From Acutalibacteraceae bacterium (lineage in GTDB: Bacteria > Bacillota > Clostridia > Oscillospirales > Acutalibacteraceae), in the NCBI GenBank assembly GCA_045590515.1, contig JAZNRD010000033.1, forward strand, positions 51,456-115,455: a DNA stretch of 64,000 nt. The letters run 5' to 3'. The notes beneath the pieces were generated by a model. It had not been told where the DNA came from. It saw only the letters and a program-made list of their open reading frames with translations, and made no database searches. Numbering within the stretch: the stretch's first letter is position 1; each line of letters opens with the position of its first letter. Below are positions 62,401-64,000 of this stretch, piece after piece. The position numbers were made by a program, and so were the translations under genes.

Positions 62401-64000
62401 ATGATTAAAAAATTACTATGCGCTACGGCGATTTTTCTGAGCTTTTTGCTTTGCGGCTGTGAAAGCGGAGAAGCTCCGCTTTCTGTACACAGTGATACTG
62501 CGGTTACCTCCTCTCTTGCGGTGCCCGTAAGCAGTGTACCGACCGCCTCCTACTCTGAGCCGGTTGTTGAGCGTGAGCAGAGCGGTGCTACGGTTGACAT
62601 AAGCGAGGTTACCAAGGTAAAGGCTCACCAAAACGGAATTGATGTTTCTAAATGGCAGGGCAAGATTGATTGGAAAAAGGTTAAAAATTCAGGCATTGAT
62701 TTTGCTATAATCCGCATCGGCTACCGTGCTGAAAACGGCAACATATACAAGGACGAGTTTGCCGATTACAATCTTCAGCAAGCCGAAAAACAGGGCATTA
62801 TTACAGGCGTATACTTCTTTTCGACCGCTATAAACACCGCGGAGGCACTCTCGGAGGCTAAGTGGGTCGAAAGCGCTATTGCAGGCTACCCCGTATCGCT
62901 CGTTGCCTGGGACTGTGAGGGCTTTAAAAAACTTGACAGCCGTATGTTTGGTATGACAGCAGCGGCACGCACAGACAACGCGTGTACCTTCCTTGACTAC
63001 ATAAAAAGTACGGGCTATGACCCCGTTTGCTACGCGGCAGTCAACGACCTTAACGATTGGTTCTTTGACCTTGACCGCTTGGAAAAGAGCTCTAAAATCT
63101 GGGTTGCACACTACCCCGATATACCCTATCCGCAGACAAGCGCCCCGTCGTACACAGGCAAATACCACCTTTGGCAATACACCGACAGAGGAACGGTTAA
63201 CGGCATAAACGGCGGATGTGACCTTATTGTTTCTTACTATGAAATTAAGCCTAAAGCGGCTAAAAATTCGGCCCTGCGCCCTGAAAACACCAAGGCACCC
63301 ACGGTTGAAAAAAGCGTTTATACCGCTACTGATGAAACGGTTACCGCAAAAGATTATGTAAACCTACGCGCAGAGGCTTCCACCAACAGCAAGGTTTTAG
63401 GACAGCTTAAAAATGGTGAAACGCTAAAGCGCACAGCTACGGGCAGCAACGGCTGGTCAAAGCTTTTATATAACGGAAAAACGGTCTATGCCGTCAGCAG
63501 TTATCTTACAACCGACCTCACACCAAAGTCTCCGTCAAGCTCTGAGGTCAGCGACGGATACACAGAGAAAAGCGGCAACCTTACCGCCAAGGACGAAACC
63601 AATTTGCGCGCTTCCCCGTCCACAAGCGCTAAGGTTATCTATACCCTTAAAAACGGTGAGTTTGTAAAGCTTTTAGCTCAAAATGCAGCTACGGGCTGGT
63701 CAAGACTTGAATACCAAGGACAGACCGTATATGCCGTTACCCGACTGCTTACCGATAAGGTAAATCCCGTATCGTCGGCAGTTTCTACGAGCTCGGCGCC
63801 CGTTAGCTCTGAGGCAGTAAGCTCTGCACCCAAGGGGCAGACCTACAAGGAGGTTAACGAGCAGGTAACCGCCAAAAGTGAAACCAATCTGCGCGACAGA
63901 GCATCGGTAGAGGACAGCCAGGTTATTTACACCCTTAAAAACGGCGAGTTTGTAACGCGCACCGGAATTGGTGACAAGGGCTGGTCGCGACTTTCTTATA
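62401..64000 (+). CDS. GH25 lysozyme (muramidase) lipoprotein with C-terminal SH3b repeats; partial, 3' end beyond the window
   Basis: Absent from the ORF track because it runs off the edge. My translation gives MIKKLLCATAIFLSFLLCGCES (lipobox), then the GH25 motif GIDVSKWQGKIDWKKVKNSGIDFAIIRIGY. At least three SH3b-like repeats follow (VTAKDYVNLRAEASTNSKVLGQLKNGE..GWSKL type). Confidence 0.85.
   Translation, partial: MIKKLLCATAIFLSFLLCGCESGEAPLSVHSDTAVTSSLAVPVSSVPTASYSEPVVEREQSGATVDISEVTKVKAHQNGIDVSKWQGKIDWKKVKNSGIDFAIIRIGYRAENGNIYKDEFADYNLQQAEKQGIITGVYFFSTAINTAEALSEAKWVESAIAGYPVSLVAWDCEGFKKLDSRMFGMTAAARTDNACTFLDYIKSTGYDPVCYAAVNDLNDWFFDLDRLEKSSKIWVAHYPDIPYPQTSAPSYTGKYHLWQYTDRGTVNGINGGCDLIVSYYEIKPKAAKNSALRPENTKAPTVEKSVYTATDETVTAKDYVNLRAEASTNSKVLGQLKNGETLKRTATGSNGWSKLLYNGKTVYAVSSYLTTDLTPKSPSSSEVSDGYTEKSGNLTAKDETNLRASPSTSAKVIYTLKNGEFVKLLAQNAATGWSRLEYQGQTVYAVTRLLTDKVNPVSSAVSTSSAPVSSEAVSSAPKGQTYKEVNEQVTAKSETNLRDRASVEDSQVIYTLKNGEFVTRTGIGDKGWSRLSY

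Noticed and set aside
61654-63177. Minus-strand ORFs 61654..62091 (145 aa) and 62689..63177 (162 aa)
   Set aside because: They are antisense to trmB and to the GH25 lysozyme gene respectively, both of which have clear family motifs.
1-64000. CRISPR arrays, rRNA genes, integrase/recombinase genes, reverse transcriptases, toxin-antitoxin pairs
   Set aside because: I looked for regularly spaced direct repeats, rRNA-like conserved blocks and the relevant protein motifs in all listed ORFs. None were found. The only tRNA is tRNA-Arg at 53066..53142.

Overview
The window is a 64-kb chromosomal segment from a sporulating Firmicute. It looks like a Clostridia / Oscillospiraceae-type genome, but no database search was possible, so every family call comes from motifs I read in the translations.

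Core housekeeping genes have visibly higher GC content:
- a partial pyruvate:ferredoxin oxidoreductase that runs off the left edge and is missed by the ORF track
- aroK
- a liv-type branched-chain amino-acid ABC operon
- maf
- the oxidative TCA branch (gltA divergent from acn-icd)
- rpsT / gpr / spoIIP
- greA and lysS
- trmB
- a partial GH25 lysozyme with SH3b repeats that runs off the right edge and is also missed by the ORF track

Accessory content:
1. A 1546-aa secreted metallophosphoesterase is built from three CBM-like modules plus Listeria-Bacteroides repeats. An unannotated 47-aa ORF and a Ser/Thr-rich lipoprotein follow it.
2. A ROK-regulated sugar/polyol operon carries two tandem mannitol-1-P-dehydrogenase-like paralogs.
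3. A strongly AT-rich 9-kb surface-polysaccharide locus lies at 43.2-52.2 kb. It encodes a DegT aminotransferase, a PglC-like priming transferase, two GT2, one GT4, a Wzy-like protein, two LicD-like proteins and an NTP_transf_5-type nucleotidyltransferase.
4. A tRNA-Arg(CCG) is followed by an exact 27-nt repeat of its 3' end, which looks like an integration scar. A small AT-rich islet follows it.
5. An uncharacterised NifU-like + GGGtGRT gene pair has a 3' end that is duplicated in diverged form.
6. A Y1 (RAYT/IS200-like) transposase gene is translationally coupled to a glutaminase-dead AsnB homolog.

The most unusual signal is a 27-nt palindrome with a GTAG head. It occurs in an intergenic REP-like cluster at about 8.0 kb and twice, in inverted orientation and in frame, inside the Y1 transposase gene at about 59.8 kb.

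No CRISPR array, rRNA, integrase or reverse transcriptase was seen.
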